Positions 9,415 to 20,597 of a stretch of 64,000 nucleotides of DNA are shown here, one piece after another (position 1 is the stretch's first letter; each line of letters begins with the position of its first letter). The translations under genes and the position numbers were made by a program. Under the pieces are notes generated by a model. It did no database searches. It was not told the DNA's origin and saw nothing but the letters and a program-made list of their open reading frames with translations. Source of the stretch: Antedon mediterranea (lineage: Eukaryota; Animalia; Echinodermata); assembly GCF_964355755.1 (NCBI RefSeq), contig NC_092679.1, positions 12,383,432 to 12,447,431 on the forward strand, given 5' to 3'.

Positions 9415-9702
9415 AAAGAAACACCTGGCGGAAATTACATAACTAGTACGAAACCAGGAAAAGAACGACCTTCATTAAAAACACCTGGCGGAAGTTACAT
9501 AACTAATACAATAACAGGAAATGAACGACCTTCATTAGAAACATCTGGCGGAAACGACCTTCATTAGAAACACCTGGCGGATATTACGTAACTAATACAA
9601 TAACAGGAAATGAACGACCTTCATTAGAAACACCTGGCGGATATTACGTAATCAGGAAATACCTCAAGGTTAACTTTGGGCTAAAGTACCTTATTTACTA
9701 CT
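9415..9702. repeat. Terminal inverted repeat region of Polinton 1 with subterminal tandem repeats
   Basis: AAACACCTGGCGGA and CAGGAAA.GAACGACCTTCATTA repeated 4-5 times, then the terminal ACTACT. Confidence 0.85.
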
Positions 9703-9917
9703 CCTATTCTCATATATTCAAAATTCTCATTCTCATAAAATACGCAAAATTCATGAAACGTTGCGCAACTGTAAACAACATCATGGTAATATGTTGTTTC
9801 TAAGTTTTTGTGAAAAGCGATACACCAAAATGGCAGAAACCGTTCTGACAATAACGCCACGAGCAGATAACCAGAAAGTAAAAAAAAACAGCAAATTGAC
9901 GTATTTAAGTTATCGAA

Positions 9918-10100
9918 CATTTGGTTCCCTTTTCGTATATTTGGGTCTCCCTTTTCGTATATTTGAGTCTCCTTTTTCATATATTTGGGTCTCCCTTTTC
10001 GTAAACTTGGGTCTCCCTTTTCGTATATTTGGGTCTCCCTTTTCGTATATTTGGGGTCTCCCTTTTCGTAAATTTGGGGTCTCCCTTTTCGTATATTTGA
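9918..10100. repeat. ~22-bp minisatellite (GGGTCTCCCTTTTCGTATATTT)n
   Basis: About 8 adjacent copies, outside the Polinton terminus. Confidence 0.9.
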
Positions 10101-10839
10101 GTTTTACATTAATGTAAAAAGAAAGAATTATAAAAATCTGACTTGTAGTTTTCAAAATATAGGGTCCAAAACATCGCCGAAAATAATCGTTTTTTAGCCA
10201 CGAACGAAGTAAATACATTGCGCCCTCAGTAGGAAATTGTATGAACTTAAACAATTTTGAATTTTAGAAATATATTTTGTATATCAACATTGTAAAATTC
10301 AATCAAATATGATATTACATGTTTATTAAATAAAAATAGTGTCATTCAAAGAATTTCAATACGTTATTTTCCCGACGTATGTTGGACATTCCAGTACATG
10401 CAACAGTTCTCAGAGACAACGGCACACGTGAGAAAATTCTTCAGCAGTCTGTTGATTCGCGTCAAACAATCAAAGGGCGAGAATCCAAAATCGTTCAACC
10501 GTGAGCTCTCATAGACTCTCTTTTCCCAGACGTTTTGTTTGGTCCAGCAGCTTGGACCTTTAAATTAGTCGAGTTTACAAAATATTAAAACTGTCAGCCT
10601 TTGATAAATAGCTTTCGCGTTGATACAGTTTCTTATTGATTATGTCCTCTGGGGTTTTAGCTGGCTAAAGCCGCGGCGCGAAAAAACACAATGCTGTAAA
10701 AATGTAAATAGTTTTAAAATAAGCTTAAAGAATTCTTATTATAAACAATTACTAATCTATGTTGTTTTTATTATATGATATTTCTATAGTCAAATGTTTT
10801 TTATGCATCATTAGATTATATTATACGGTTTACAATTTT

Positions 10840-10920
10840 ACAGTATGTGGTATATATTATACACAGTATGTGGTATATATTATACACAGTATGTGGTATA
10901 TATTATACACAGTATGTATA
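10840..10920. repeat. 24-bp tandem repeat
   Basis: CAGTATGTGGTATATATTATACAC about three times. Confidence 0.85.
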
Positions 10921-11450
10921 TATTAATTATTATTTTATACATTAATGTAAAACACAAATCTGTGTTTATTTCGTAAATAAGATTATCTTTATTTTAAAAA
11001 CTATACTGTACTTTATACAATATATTTCGTTTTTTTGTTTGTAAATAATTTGCTTGTCTAATTTTTGGTGCCCAGCCCCGCCCTCAAACTACTATTAAGA
11101 AAACCAATTTTAAATTATTTTGTTTAAAGTAATCTGGGGTCTGTTTCATAAAAATCTTCATGGTTTTCCAAGACCCCATTTCATCATCTTTATTTCTAAA
11201 CAATTGTATCATCATTTTCACATTCTGATTTTATGAAACGTATGTTTATTTGTATTTATTTGCAAGTATATGTAGAACCCAGTTTTGTATCAATGCTTAT
11301 TTTATTTCTATATATAACCCTATATAGTTAAAAGTGTTTCATATATTTCGCACAATTTGGATCAGCATAATTTAAGACAATGTGTTCATAGATTATTTTG
11401 TTTGGATTAGATGTAACATAATTATTTACCATTTTCACAGAAAAATTTAA

Positions 11451-14400
11451 ATGGCGGGTATAGACCATGAGAATTACGACAAATGTGTTGTTGCCATTCA
11501 AGTTTTTTGCTTCAATGCAATTCCTTGTATCAAAGGCACACTAGATCAGTGCCACGATGAAATACAGACACCATCTTGTGGAAATTTATCGAAATGTCCT
11601 AGGGAAGGAAAACATAAGAAAGGAAAAGGATCTTGTCAGCATTGTGTTAAATGGGGTGAGAATGTAGAGGAGGCTTTGTATAGGCCTAACAGAGATAAAG
11701 ACAACGATGAGGTGTTTTCAATACCTTGGAAGAATGTCAATCCAACGCGTCTTGGTAAAGATACAGTTGAATTGGCAAAAGCATTTGTGCTCCGTCTACC
11801 GGAAGATAAAGCTGTTACGAATCTAGGAGAATTTGATGCAGCAAGTCTTTTGATGATTATGACGCAGTTCAAACATTTTCATAACGAAAACAAGGAATGC
11901 CATGACCTTATTAAAAAGGTGAGAACGCAATACTCTCAAAGACCTGCATTAGAAATTCACATTTCAATAAGATTTGATGTTTTATGCTTTGGAAAATGCT
12001 TTCAGACCTATTTTTATTTATGAAAAATGTATTAGTGGCTGAAAGTTACTATGGTTAGTACTAGAATATTATTTACTGTTGTTAAAATGAAAAGAACTTT
12101 TTCTTGATAGGTTCTCGATATTCGCAATTCACTATCTCACATGATGGTCAGCAAAAAGCTCTATGTGAATAGAAATACATTGATGGATTATTTTAGGCAA
12201 ATAGCCAACGTTGTAGACAACCTAAACATAATTCACCCCAAGCACTTTACCCCAGAATTGACGAAAAATTTGATATCGGAATTGTACGACGTAAGTAGAT
12301 ATATAGTCCATCCAATATAATTATATACCCACCACAAATTTCAAAATACGACATCATTCTGCTACTTTTGTTTATAGTCTGCGAGTATAATAAATAAGAC
12401 ATGAATAAATGAAAATTCCTTGTTTTTATAGCCTCAAGCTTACCTGATAATGTTTCTTATTTTAAACTTTTGGACGAGCATGAAACGTTAACTTTATCTA
12501 TTTGAAATATGATTTATTCTAATAACAACAAGGAATGTTTTGTTTTGCCAGATTCAAATGAATCCACTTGAAACGTATATGCAAACATCAAGTTTATTAA
12601 GTCAGGAAATGAAAGATGTAGTACGTAAAACCATACAAAAAGAGTGCCGGAAAATGAATCAGGAAGTAGAGAATTTACAAGAATCAATTCAAGGCATGAA
12701 TGAAAATACAGGCAAAATGTTCAAACAATTAAAGACATCTAATACTGTATCTGCCGAAACACAAACTGGGTTGGCATGTGCCAGTCTGGAAAGGGAACAG
12801 TATTCAAAAGGTATGTCAGAACATAGCTGAAACAATTGTAGTGTCTCAAAAATTGTATGAGATCTCATAACAATAAATAATAATACGATAATGCAAGGAC
12901 TTAATTAGATAAAAATAAGAAAAAAGTGTGTTTCTGAAAAATCCATACTTTTATTATTTAAAATCTTACTTTTATGAATTGAAATCGTATTTTTATTAGT
13001 AAAAATATCCTTCGCGATTATGTCAATAGATTAAGAAGATAACCGTTTAAAAAATGAATAACGTACCGGAGGGGCGGGCTTAATATTATCAGGTATAATA
13101 TCGTTCAGTCCCTAACTCTTTTTCTACTAAGCTGTTTTAAAGATTGGAAAAATTAGTACGATAAAAAACAGAACCTGTATTCCACAATTGAGTTTGATTG
13201 TACGGTATTTGTTAAGGGGTGATCAGTATCCTTGAGCAGTATCATTGATACGCCCCTATTGTAAGGTGAACGCCACCTAACTGTGAGCGTTTTGCTTAAC
13301 AATTTATAGTCGTCACTCTGAAGAAAGTGCTCGTGAGCACTGAAAGTGCTCGGGAGCACTGAAACTGTCACTCAAATCAGTTACTAATTTTGGTTTTTCA
13401 AAATAGAATGTTAAAATAAAATAGTCTATGCCTATGCTTAATTCGTTAGCTTTAATGTTAAGAGTGTTTATTATATACGGTATTGTTTTATTTTGGCCTC
13501 GCAGTCCATCCAAAGATTCTTTCTGTCTGTTTTTTTTTTTCAGGAGTGTTATAACAAATTAAATTATTTATTCTACTCTGTGCTTCGATTTTGTCTAGTT
13601 GTTTTTTTTTCTGCTCAACAGATCAACTCTGGTAGGGTTTAATTTACATTTTCTGCAGTATATTCAAATAGTTTTAATTTCCCATGTGGACAAATAGATT
13701 AATTGAATTAATTTGAAAACGGGTCGAATGTCCAATCACATTTATTGAATTCTTTTTTATGTTTACGATATTTAAATTTTGGTGGTAAGTGTTGTTTCTG
13801 TTTGACTACTATGATTATTTGACATTATAAAAATATTAATTACATTAAAATGTTTTTCTCTGCTTCAGTTCACATAATACATGCTGGTGAAAAAAGGGAA
13901 TTCTTGATTGATATATGTGATGCTTTAGAAGATGAAGTTAACCCAGAAAAAAGCTGTGAGTGCAGACGATCCTACAGACCAGGTATTACTGAAGTGCGCT
14001 TTTATTAATTTGATTTTACTACATTCAACTCTCCTAATACGGAGGCGGACACCCTTTTCTGGGAAGTCTGGTATTCTGAATGTGTTTTAATGGTAAAGAA
14101 TATGCGACCTTTTGGATTTAAAGAAAAGTCTGGTTTTGGGAAAGTTTCCGGTTTTCATAGAGTCCAGTATTGAGAATGTTGACTACATATCGCAAAAACT
14201 CCCCCCTCCCACACACCCCTATTGTCCAAGTAGAGATTGATCTAATGTTTTTGGATTTTGTTTTTATCTCAGAAAGCAACAAAGCAGAGCTAATTGTCAG
14301 CGATTTGGAGGAATTTGTTAAGAGTGAAAATCAAGATAAATGCATGGTGATTATAAGTGATCATCTTATTGATGCATTGGATGAATCCCAGACATACATA

Positions 14401-17400
14401 GACAAAATTAAGAAACGTAAATAAATGTAAATGTAAATGGGGGAATAACCTACAGCCTACTGGGCTGAATTGTGCACAGGTGTGGACCACACATACCACA
14501 ACTTTCTACTCCCCTAAGGGTCCCTTCGTGTCGAGTGCTGCCACTAAGCTGCCACCCCGTTCGTCGGGGGGGGGGGGGGGAGGAGGAACAATGGTCGAGG
14601 AGTGACTTAAGCCTGTGCCGATTGTATAGCTATGGTTTTGCGGCGGCCCCTCGGCCACTCTCTGGTAAACGTAAGTTTTAGTGGAAAAAAATAAGATAAT
14701 TGCATTGACAAACTTAATTAGGACAAAAAGAGAAAAGAAGAAAATTCTGACATCCATTGCTTTTTTCAGATAAAATTGTATTACTCTTGTTAATATATTT
14801 AATACAATGTTAAATGAATGAATTTGTTTTTGTTTTCCTTATTTATTATTTTATAGTACTCTTTTGGGACTATGCTACACAAAATGTTGTTCTTCTTGAG
14901 ATGACCAATAACAACATCTTCTCTGATCATTCTTTCACTACAATGAAAGTGAAATACGATGAAGATTTACATGCAATTGCAAAGAAATCACTTTCTATAT
15001 GGTGTGGAGGTAGAACACAAGGTATATAAGCAGTGATTTGATGCACCACTATATTATTAAAAAATACAGAATTAGCATTGATCCTACTTCATATAGACCA
15101 GTTGCGATGTTAAATTTATATAAATATAGGATATTAATGAAAACATTTCTTCTGGTTTCGATTCGTATAATAATATAAGTAGTTCTTTGATAGTAAACCA
15201 ATAAAACTTACGTTGGCAATTCAGTTTCGTCTAGCTGTCAGCTTGACTTCTTCAGTTGCTATGATGCGTTATGGCGCCGATTGGTCTCCTTTCCAGCCAC
15301 TAGATGATTTTGTTGTGTAGCCTAGGGGACCAGTCGTCGTCAGAAGCTGATCGTAAATGTGAGATAGTTGGTGCGCGCCTTCGTCTCTATTCATCTTTGT
15401 ATTTTTATTTTGCTTTCTTATGCTGATGCTTTCTTTAATTTTACGTTTAAGCCAAACTTGTTCTTTGTGTAGTACCTCTATCTTATCCCAGTTAGGTATG
15501 TGGTTGTGTGTGGTCATATGGTCCGTGATTGCTGATTTATGTAAAATGGAGGACGTAAAAAGTTATTAACTTATCCAACAGACGGCTAACACATACTGAG
15601 AACTATGTACTTACTAAAGGTTTAAACTACGCGATTACGAAACCTAACCACCCTACTGAAGAACTGATCGTTGCCACGGAATCAGCATGCAATCTTTTAC
15701 CAGAAATAGAAAAAGATCAACTTCGAGGGAAGATGGTAAGCCTAATTAAATCTACTAAACCTCCGACTCCGAATGTAACCAAGGAAGAGATGCAGGCTTT
15801 GAACAACATCGCGAAAGATAAAACCATTATGGTATTACCGGCCGATAAAGGTAGGGCCACAGTAATTCTGAACACTAAAGAATATGATGAGAAAGTGAGA
15901 AACATGCTTTCAGATACTGATACATACACGCTATTAAAGAAAAATCCTACCTCATCCTACAAGAAAAAACTTATCACTGTAATCACGAGACTCCTCAAAG
16001 AAAAGAAAATCACTGTCAAACAAAAACACTACTTGTACCCCACGTCGGACATCACACCAAGAATTTACTGCACACCAAAAATCCATAAAATGAATAATCC
16101 GTTACGTCCCATAGTCGATTATACGGGATCCATTATGTACAATTTGTCACGAAGCTTAGCCGACATTCTCGTACCACTAGTTGGAAACAGCATCCATCAT
16201 GTTACCAATTCGCTTGAATTTGTCAATGACATAAAGGACATTAAGTTACAGACAAATGAAACATTGGTCTCTTATGATGTAGTGTCATTATTTACCAAAA
16301 CACCAGTCAACAAGTCCCTCAAAATAATTGAAGAACGCTTACACTGTGATAAACAACTATCAGAGAGAACGTGGTTACATATCAACGACATTATGGAATT
16401 GCTTCAATTGGTCCTCACCACCACATATTTCAGCTTCAGAGGAGATATCTACCAGCAAAATTCAGGTATGGCCATGGGTAGTCCATGTTCTCCGATTGTT
16501 GCGAATTTATTTATGGAATGGCTGGAAAATGAGGCAATAACTACAGCTCACACCGACATAAAACCGAGGATGTGGAAAAGGTATGTAGATGACATTATAA
16601 CAATAATTCCCAAGGATGCGACACAACCATTATTACAACACTTAAACAAAATCGATGATGACATTAATTTCACTTGCGAAGAAATGTCCTTAACAGACAA
16701 CTCTATCCCATTCTTGGATACGCTAATTTTAGTTGATGGGGAAGGCAACATCAACACTAAAGTTTTTAGGAAAGCCACCCACACAAATCAATACTTGGAC
16801 TTTAACTCACATCATCCTCTACAACACAAGTTATCCGTTATCCGCACACTTCTACACAGATGTAACACGATAATCACAAATAATGCAGACAAACAGAACG
16901 AAACTGAGATGATACATACTTCACTTAAACAATGCAACTACCCTACATGGACGATTAGAAAGGTACAACGTAACCTAGATAAACAAAAAACGGACAAACA
17001 ACCCGAAACAGAAGATATAAGAGGGTCGATATCCATCCCATATATTCAAGGCCTGTCAGAGAAAATCAAGAGAACATTTAAAAAATATAACATACGAACA
17101 TACTTTAAACCATCTAACAAAATTAAAAACTTAATCGTCCGACCGAAAGATAAAGCATGCAATGAGGATTCCTGTGGTGTCGTCTACAAAGTGGGGTGCA
17201 CCAACTGTGAGATGGTGTACATTGGGGAAACGGGTAGGGCACTCAAAACCAGAATTAAAGAGCACAAGAAAGATGTTGAGGAAAACACACAGAACATGCA
17301 GACGCGTGCATCACGGAAAGTTTCGTCCTCCATTTTACATAAATCAGCAATCACGGACCATATGACCACACACAACCACATACCTAACTGGGATAAGATA

Positions 17401-18904
17401 GAGGTACTACACAAAGAACAAGTTTGGCTTAAACGTAAAATTAAAGAAAGCATCAGCATAAGAAAGCAAAATAAAAATACAAAGATGAATAGAGACGAAG
17501 GCGCGCACCAACTATCTCACATTTACGATCAGCTTCTGACGACGACTGGTCCCCTAGGCTACACAACAAAATCATCTAGTGGCTGGAAAGGAGACCAATC
17601 GGCGCCATAACGCATCATAGCAACTGAAGAAGTCAAGCTGACAGCTAGACGAAACTGTCTTGCCAACGTAAGTTTTATTGGTTTACTATCAAAGAACTAC
17701 TTATATTATAATATAGGATATTATTCAACCTGAGAAGGTTACAAATCGTACAACCCACAGCTCCGAAAGATTCATACAAAGTCATCTTTTAAGTTGTGTA
17801 AATCTTGGTTTATCTTGGAGTTTTACTCATATTGGGTGCTTCTACCCAGGAACATAGTGAGTACATGGGGTCTATAAATACCAATGTACCGACCCAACAC
17901 TTTACTCATATTTGGTGCTTCCACCTAGGAACATTGTGAGTCTGGGGTCTATAAATACCAATCTACCCATCCAACACTTTATTGAGTGCTAACCAAACTT
18001 CAGTAGCCTACATGGGGTATAAAGACTAATCTACCAACCCTACGCTTTACTCACATTGGGTTTTCCACCCAGGAATATAGTGGGTACCAGGGATGATCTA
18101 TGCATTTTAATTTACTTAGTAAACCAACACTACTTGTTCTGCCAGCATGTTCATTTTCTTTGCAGGCCCCATCGTGTTACCATCTGACCAAAATAATCAG
18201 AGAACAAACAGACAAGGTAAATTTATTTTTAAATTTTCTTGTTATCATCTTTATTATCTATTGTATGTTTGGTAAACATTATTTGTTTTTGCAATTCTAG
18301 TAAATATATCAGAATCTAGAGAATCTTCAAATAAAGGTTAGTAAATTATCCAAGCTTTTGTCACTTAAGTAGTGAAGATAACCAGTGCAGATTCTTCATT
18401 AATGGGTCCTATATAAATTCAAACAAAATAAATGTACAGTATACAACAATATAAAAACATTGAAATACATTACACAATATGTATGTATGTGTAGTCACTC
18501 AATCCGTAGTTCATCTATGTTGTCACTTCATCTGTAGCTTTGGTAATCATGTTGTTCACATTAATTTAACAGTAGTCATGAATTTCTTTATTTCATCAGG
18601 TTTTATTAACCGAGACAAACTGGCTGATTTGGATTTTGGATGTCGGACAGAACTGATAGATAGGCTGGATATGCGGATCTCTTCCGTAAAGGATTGGCGT
18701 CATTTGGCTAGTCATTATCGTGTACCTAATACAAATATTGAAGTGTGGCGCGGTAAAATGCCTTTCATGAGTGCATCTAATTCGCTTTTCGAGTGGTTGG
18801 GAACAACGCAGCCAGATTTAACCGTTTCACAATTCAAGAATGACCTGCATGCCTTTGAAAGAAAGGATGCCGTAAAAATCTTGGAGAATCATGGCTACAA
18901 ATAA
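11451..18904 (+). CDS. Gene A: DUF4559/CXorf38-like (HEPN-type) domain + coiled coil + TIR-like + death domain, ~573 aa
   Basis: Exons 11451-11918, 12111-12290, 12552-12810, 13869-13982, 14273-14416, 14857-15021, 18166-18216, 18301-18336, 18600-18904, all GT-AG and phase-compatible (1722 nt). CQHCVKW...WKNVNP...ELAKAF...FDAASLL...IRNSLSH resembles CXorf38. VHIIHAGEKREFL...KCMVIISDHLI is TIR-like. KDWRHLA...LTVSQFKNDLHAFERKDAVKIL is a death domain. Confidence 0.72.
14421..14666 (-). mobile_element. Short retroposon-like insertion at an exon donor of gene A
   Basis: GC-rich 246-bp segment with an (AAATGT)n tail at its left end, flanked by the direct repeat AAACGTAA (14413-14420, 14667-14674). 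Confidence 0.65.
15562..17610 (+). CDS. Penelope RT + GIY-YIG endonuclease (open frame, N-terminally truncated)
   Basis: VINLS...KGLNYA upstream of the tracked Met, ADKG, SYDVVSLFT, GMAMGSPCSP, RYVDD, PFLD, GVVYKVGCTNCEMVYIGETGR. Confidence 0.93.
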   Translation, partial: VINLSNRRLTHTENYVLTKGLNYAITKPNHPTEELIVATESACNLLPEIEKDQLRGKMVSLIKSTKPPTPNVTKEEMQALNNIAKDKTIMVLPADKGRATVILNTKEYDEKVRNMLSDTDTYTLLKKNPTSSYKKKLITVITRLLKEKKITVKQKHYLYPTSDITPRIYCTPKIHKMNNPLRPIVDYTGSIMYNLSRSLADILVPLVGNSIHHVTNSLEFVNDIKDIKLQTNETLVSYDVVSLFTKTPVNKSLKIIEERLHCDKQLSERTWLHINDIMELLQLVLTTTYFSFRGDIYQQNSGMAMGSPCSPIVANLFMEWLENEAITTAHTDIKPRMWKRYVDDIITIIPKDATQPLLQHLNKIDDDINFTCEEMSLTDNSIPFLDTLILVDGEGNINTKVFRKATHTNQYLDFNSHHPLQHKLSVIRTLLHRCNTIITNNADKQNETEMIHTSLKQCNYPTWTIRKVQRNLDKQKTDKQPETEDIRGSISIPYIQGLSEKIKRTFKKYNIRTYFKPSNKIKNLIVRPKDKACNEDSCGVVYKVGCTNCEMVYIGETGRALKTRIKEHKKDVEENTQNMQTRASRKVSSSILHKSAITDHMTTHNHIPNWDKIEVLHKEQVWLKRKIKESISIRKQNKNTKMNRDEGAHQLSHIYDQLLTTTGPLGYTTKSSSGWKGDQSAP
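17620..17663 (+). ncRNA. Minimal hammerhead ribozyme in the Penelope 3' repeat
   Basis: GCAA-CTGAAGA-A-GTC(AAGCTGACAGCTA)GAC-GAAA-CT-GTC/TTGC: core boxes, helix II, helix I GCAA/TTGC and a GUC cleavage triplet. Confidence 0.75.
17820..18095. repeat. Degenerate ~80-bp tandem repeat
   Basis: TTTACTCATATTGGGTGCTTC..CCCAGGAACAT.GTGAGT...GGGGTCTATAAATACCAAT recurs 3-4 times. Confidence 0.7.
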
Positions 18905-18953
18905 AGTTGTTATTATTAAACTTTCTTTGTCATCACAATCAATATATCATAAA

Positions 18954-19765
18954 ACTAGAACGGCACTTCGACAGTGCATACCTCCGCCTATTGTAAAATT
19001 CCCCTACATAAGGTTTCTCCGGAAAATGTATACAGTATTTATTTTTGTTATGTTTGTGTCTTAATGCTGTTTGTGATTAGGCTAATTTTACTACTACCAT
19101 GTGAATGCGAGTATGGTGTAATAGTTATGTATCCAGCCTTTTACAGTTGAGATCCCTGTTCAATTCCTACTGAGGACATGTTTTTCATCATCATTGTTTT
19201 TTTAAATAATATTTATTATTATTTTTTTAATTATTATATTTATTCATTTAGTATCCTTACAGATATCATCTGATTTTGATCATCTGATTTTGATCATCTC
19301 CCAAAGCTGGTGCTTAACCATGCAGGGCCGTACCACTTACTGAGATGTAAATAAAAAATTACACATATGCTGGCATTAAAAACATACTAGAGGTATAGAT
19401 GTATCACCTGTTTTACATGGTCCTGTTTATAGAAAAATAAAAGGTTAAAACATGCATACAAAATTCTTTAAAACTTGTAAAAACAGTAAAAAAACAAATT
19501 AAGTAACGTTAAGACTGCTCAGTACCAGCTCGCCGGCTTTCGAAAATTATCTCCTATCTTTTAACATTAGAAGGTCTGAAAATAATACTAAAACGTGGTC
19601 CAGAATAATGATCCTGCCTCCATTCAATGGAGTGGTCCTTGACCACATATCTATCTGTGTGTTCAATTTAGTAAAGATCTGGCAATAACTTTTTGAGTAA
19701 TCCTGCTAACAAACAAACACACACAAACAAACAAACAGTGCACACGCGATTGACTACATACACAT
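18954..19765. mobile_element. Non-autonomous Helentron-like repeat
   Basis: ACTAGAACGGCAC...CATACCTCCGCC start and AATCCTGCTAAC(AAAC)n microsatellite near the other end. Confidence 0.35.
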
Positions 19766-19769
19766 AGTT

Positions 19770-20400
19770 TCAATTCAATTCAATTCATTTATTTTCCAGA
19801 AGACATAAAATACAATCACTATGTGAGTACTCTCCTTCTGGTGCAGACAAAAACAACAAGTTAACAGCAAAAGATATTAAATAAGGCAGGGAAAAACTTA
19901 GAGGAACCATAAAAGCACAAATCAGTCGCTTCAATAGGGAGGGTATCCCACAACTTCGGAAAAGAAATAAAAGCAGAGTGGTAAAATGCATTGGTACAAG
20001 AACCCAATGCCTAAAAACTAATTTATAATTTCTACGGGAAACTGGTGTGGGCAACAATGCACCATCAACCAGAACATCTAAGTAGAGACACTTAATTACA
20101 AATTTAACTTGAAGAAGTTGAAGTCTATGGTACAACCGGGGTAGTTTGAGGAAGGTAAGTCGGGCTTCGTAAGATGGACGGAGGGAATATATAGTTTGGA
20201 AATAGCCTGGAAAACATGATCTAGTGAAACGTCTTTGGATAGATTCGATTTGGTTGATGGTACATTGTTGATGTGGTAACCACACGGGAGCTGCATATTC
20301 AACGATTGGCCTTACTATTGTGAAAAGTTTTAAAAGAACAAGGTGGTCATTGGTCTTAACACAACGTTTAATAAAACCCACAAGTCTGTTACATTTAATA
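19770..20400 (-). pseudogene. LINE (CR1/L2-type) RT 3' fragment with (TTGAA)n tail
   Basis: GFIKR...VRPIVEYAAPVW.PH...IESIQRRFTR, followed by a CAATT repeat at 19771-19787. Confidence 0.8.
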
Positions 20401-20597
20401 ACAGATTGGGATATATTTATAGTGGGAAACTGTTTCGATTTGATTATTAAGTTAAAGTTAAATTATTATATTGGAAAGAGTTGTGGTTTTTCGAGCGGGT
20501 TTCGGAACTTCTTATTATTCAAAAATACAAACAACTATGACTAGACGTGTTCGTTTTCAGATCGATGGTAAAGGATAGTGTAATGAAAGCAACAGTA

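Larger units (their letters stand above)
1..9702. mobile_element. Maverick/Polinton (adintovirus-like) element 1; right part, continues left of the window
   Basis: Cluster of ATPase, adenain protease, MCP, mCP and rve integrase ORFs. Ends in ...GTACCTTATTTACTACT (9702), whose reverse complement begins AGTAGT and matches a second terminus at 63044. Candidate 6-bp TSD CCTATT at 9703-9708 (other copy outside the window). Confidence 0.95.
15137..17709 (+). mobile_element. Penelope-like retroelement, 5'-truncated, with inverted 3' repeat, in an intron of gene A
   Basis: About 15171-15555 is the reverse complement of about 17324-17708. Flanked by AATATAGGATATTA (15123-15136, 17710-17723). Confidence 0.92.

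Noticed and set aside
9415-10100. CRISPR-like repeat arrays
   Set aside because: Repeats are adjacent or have repeated spacers, there are no cas genes and the context is eukaryotic.
9681-10254. Repetitive ORFs (KRETQIYEKGDPNIR...)
   Set aside because: Translations of the 22-bp minisatellite.
11070-11099. GC-rich stretch ending ACTACT as the Polinton 1 right end
   Set aside because: The ACTACT at 9697-9702 is supported by a 42-bp match to the second terminus at 63044 and by subterminal repeats; this one has no such support.
15269-15517. Separate 82-aa gene on the minus strand
   Set aside because: It is the inverted copy of the Penelope ORF 3' end.
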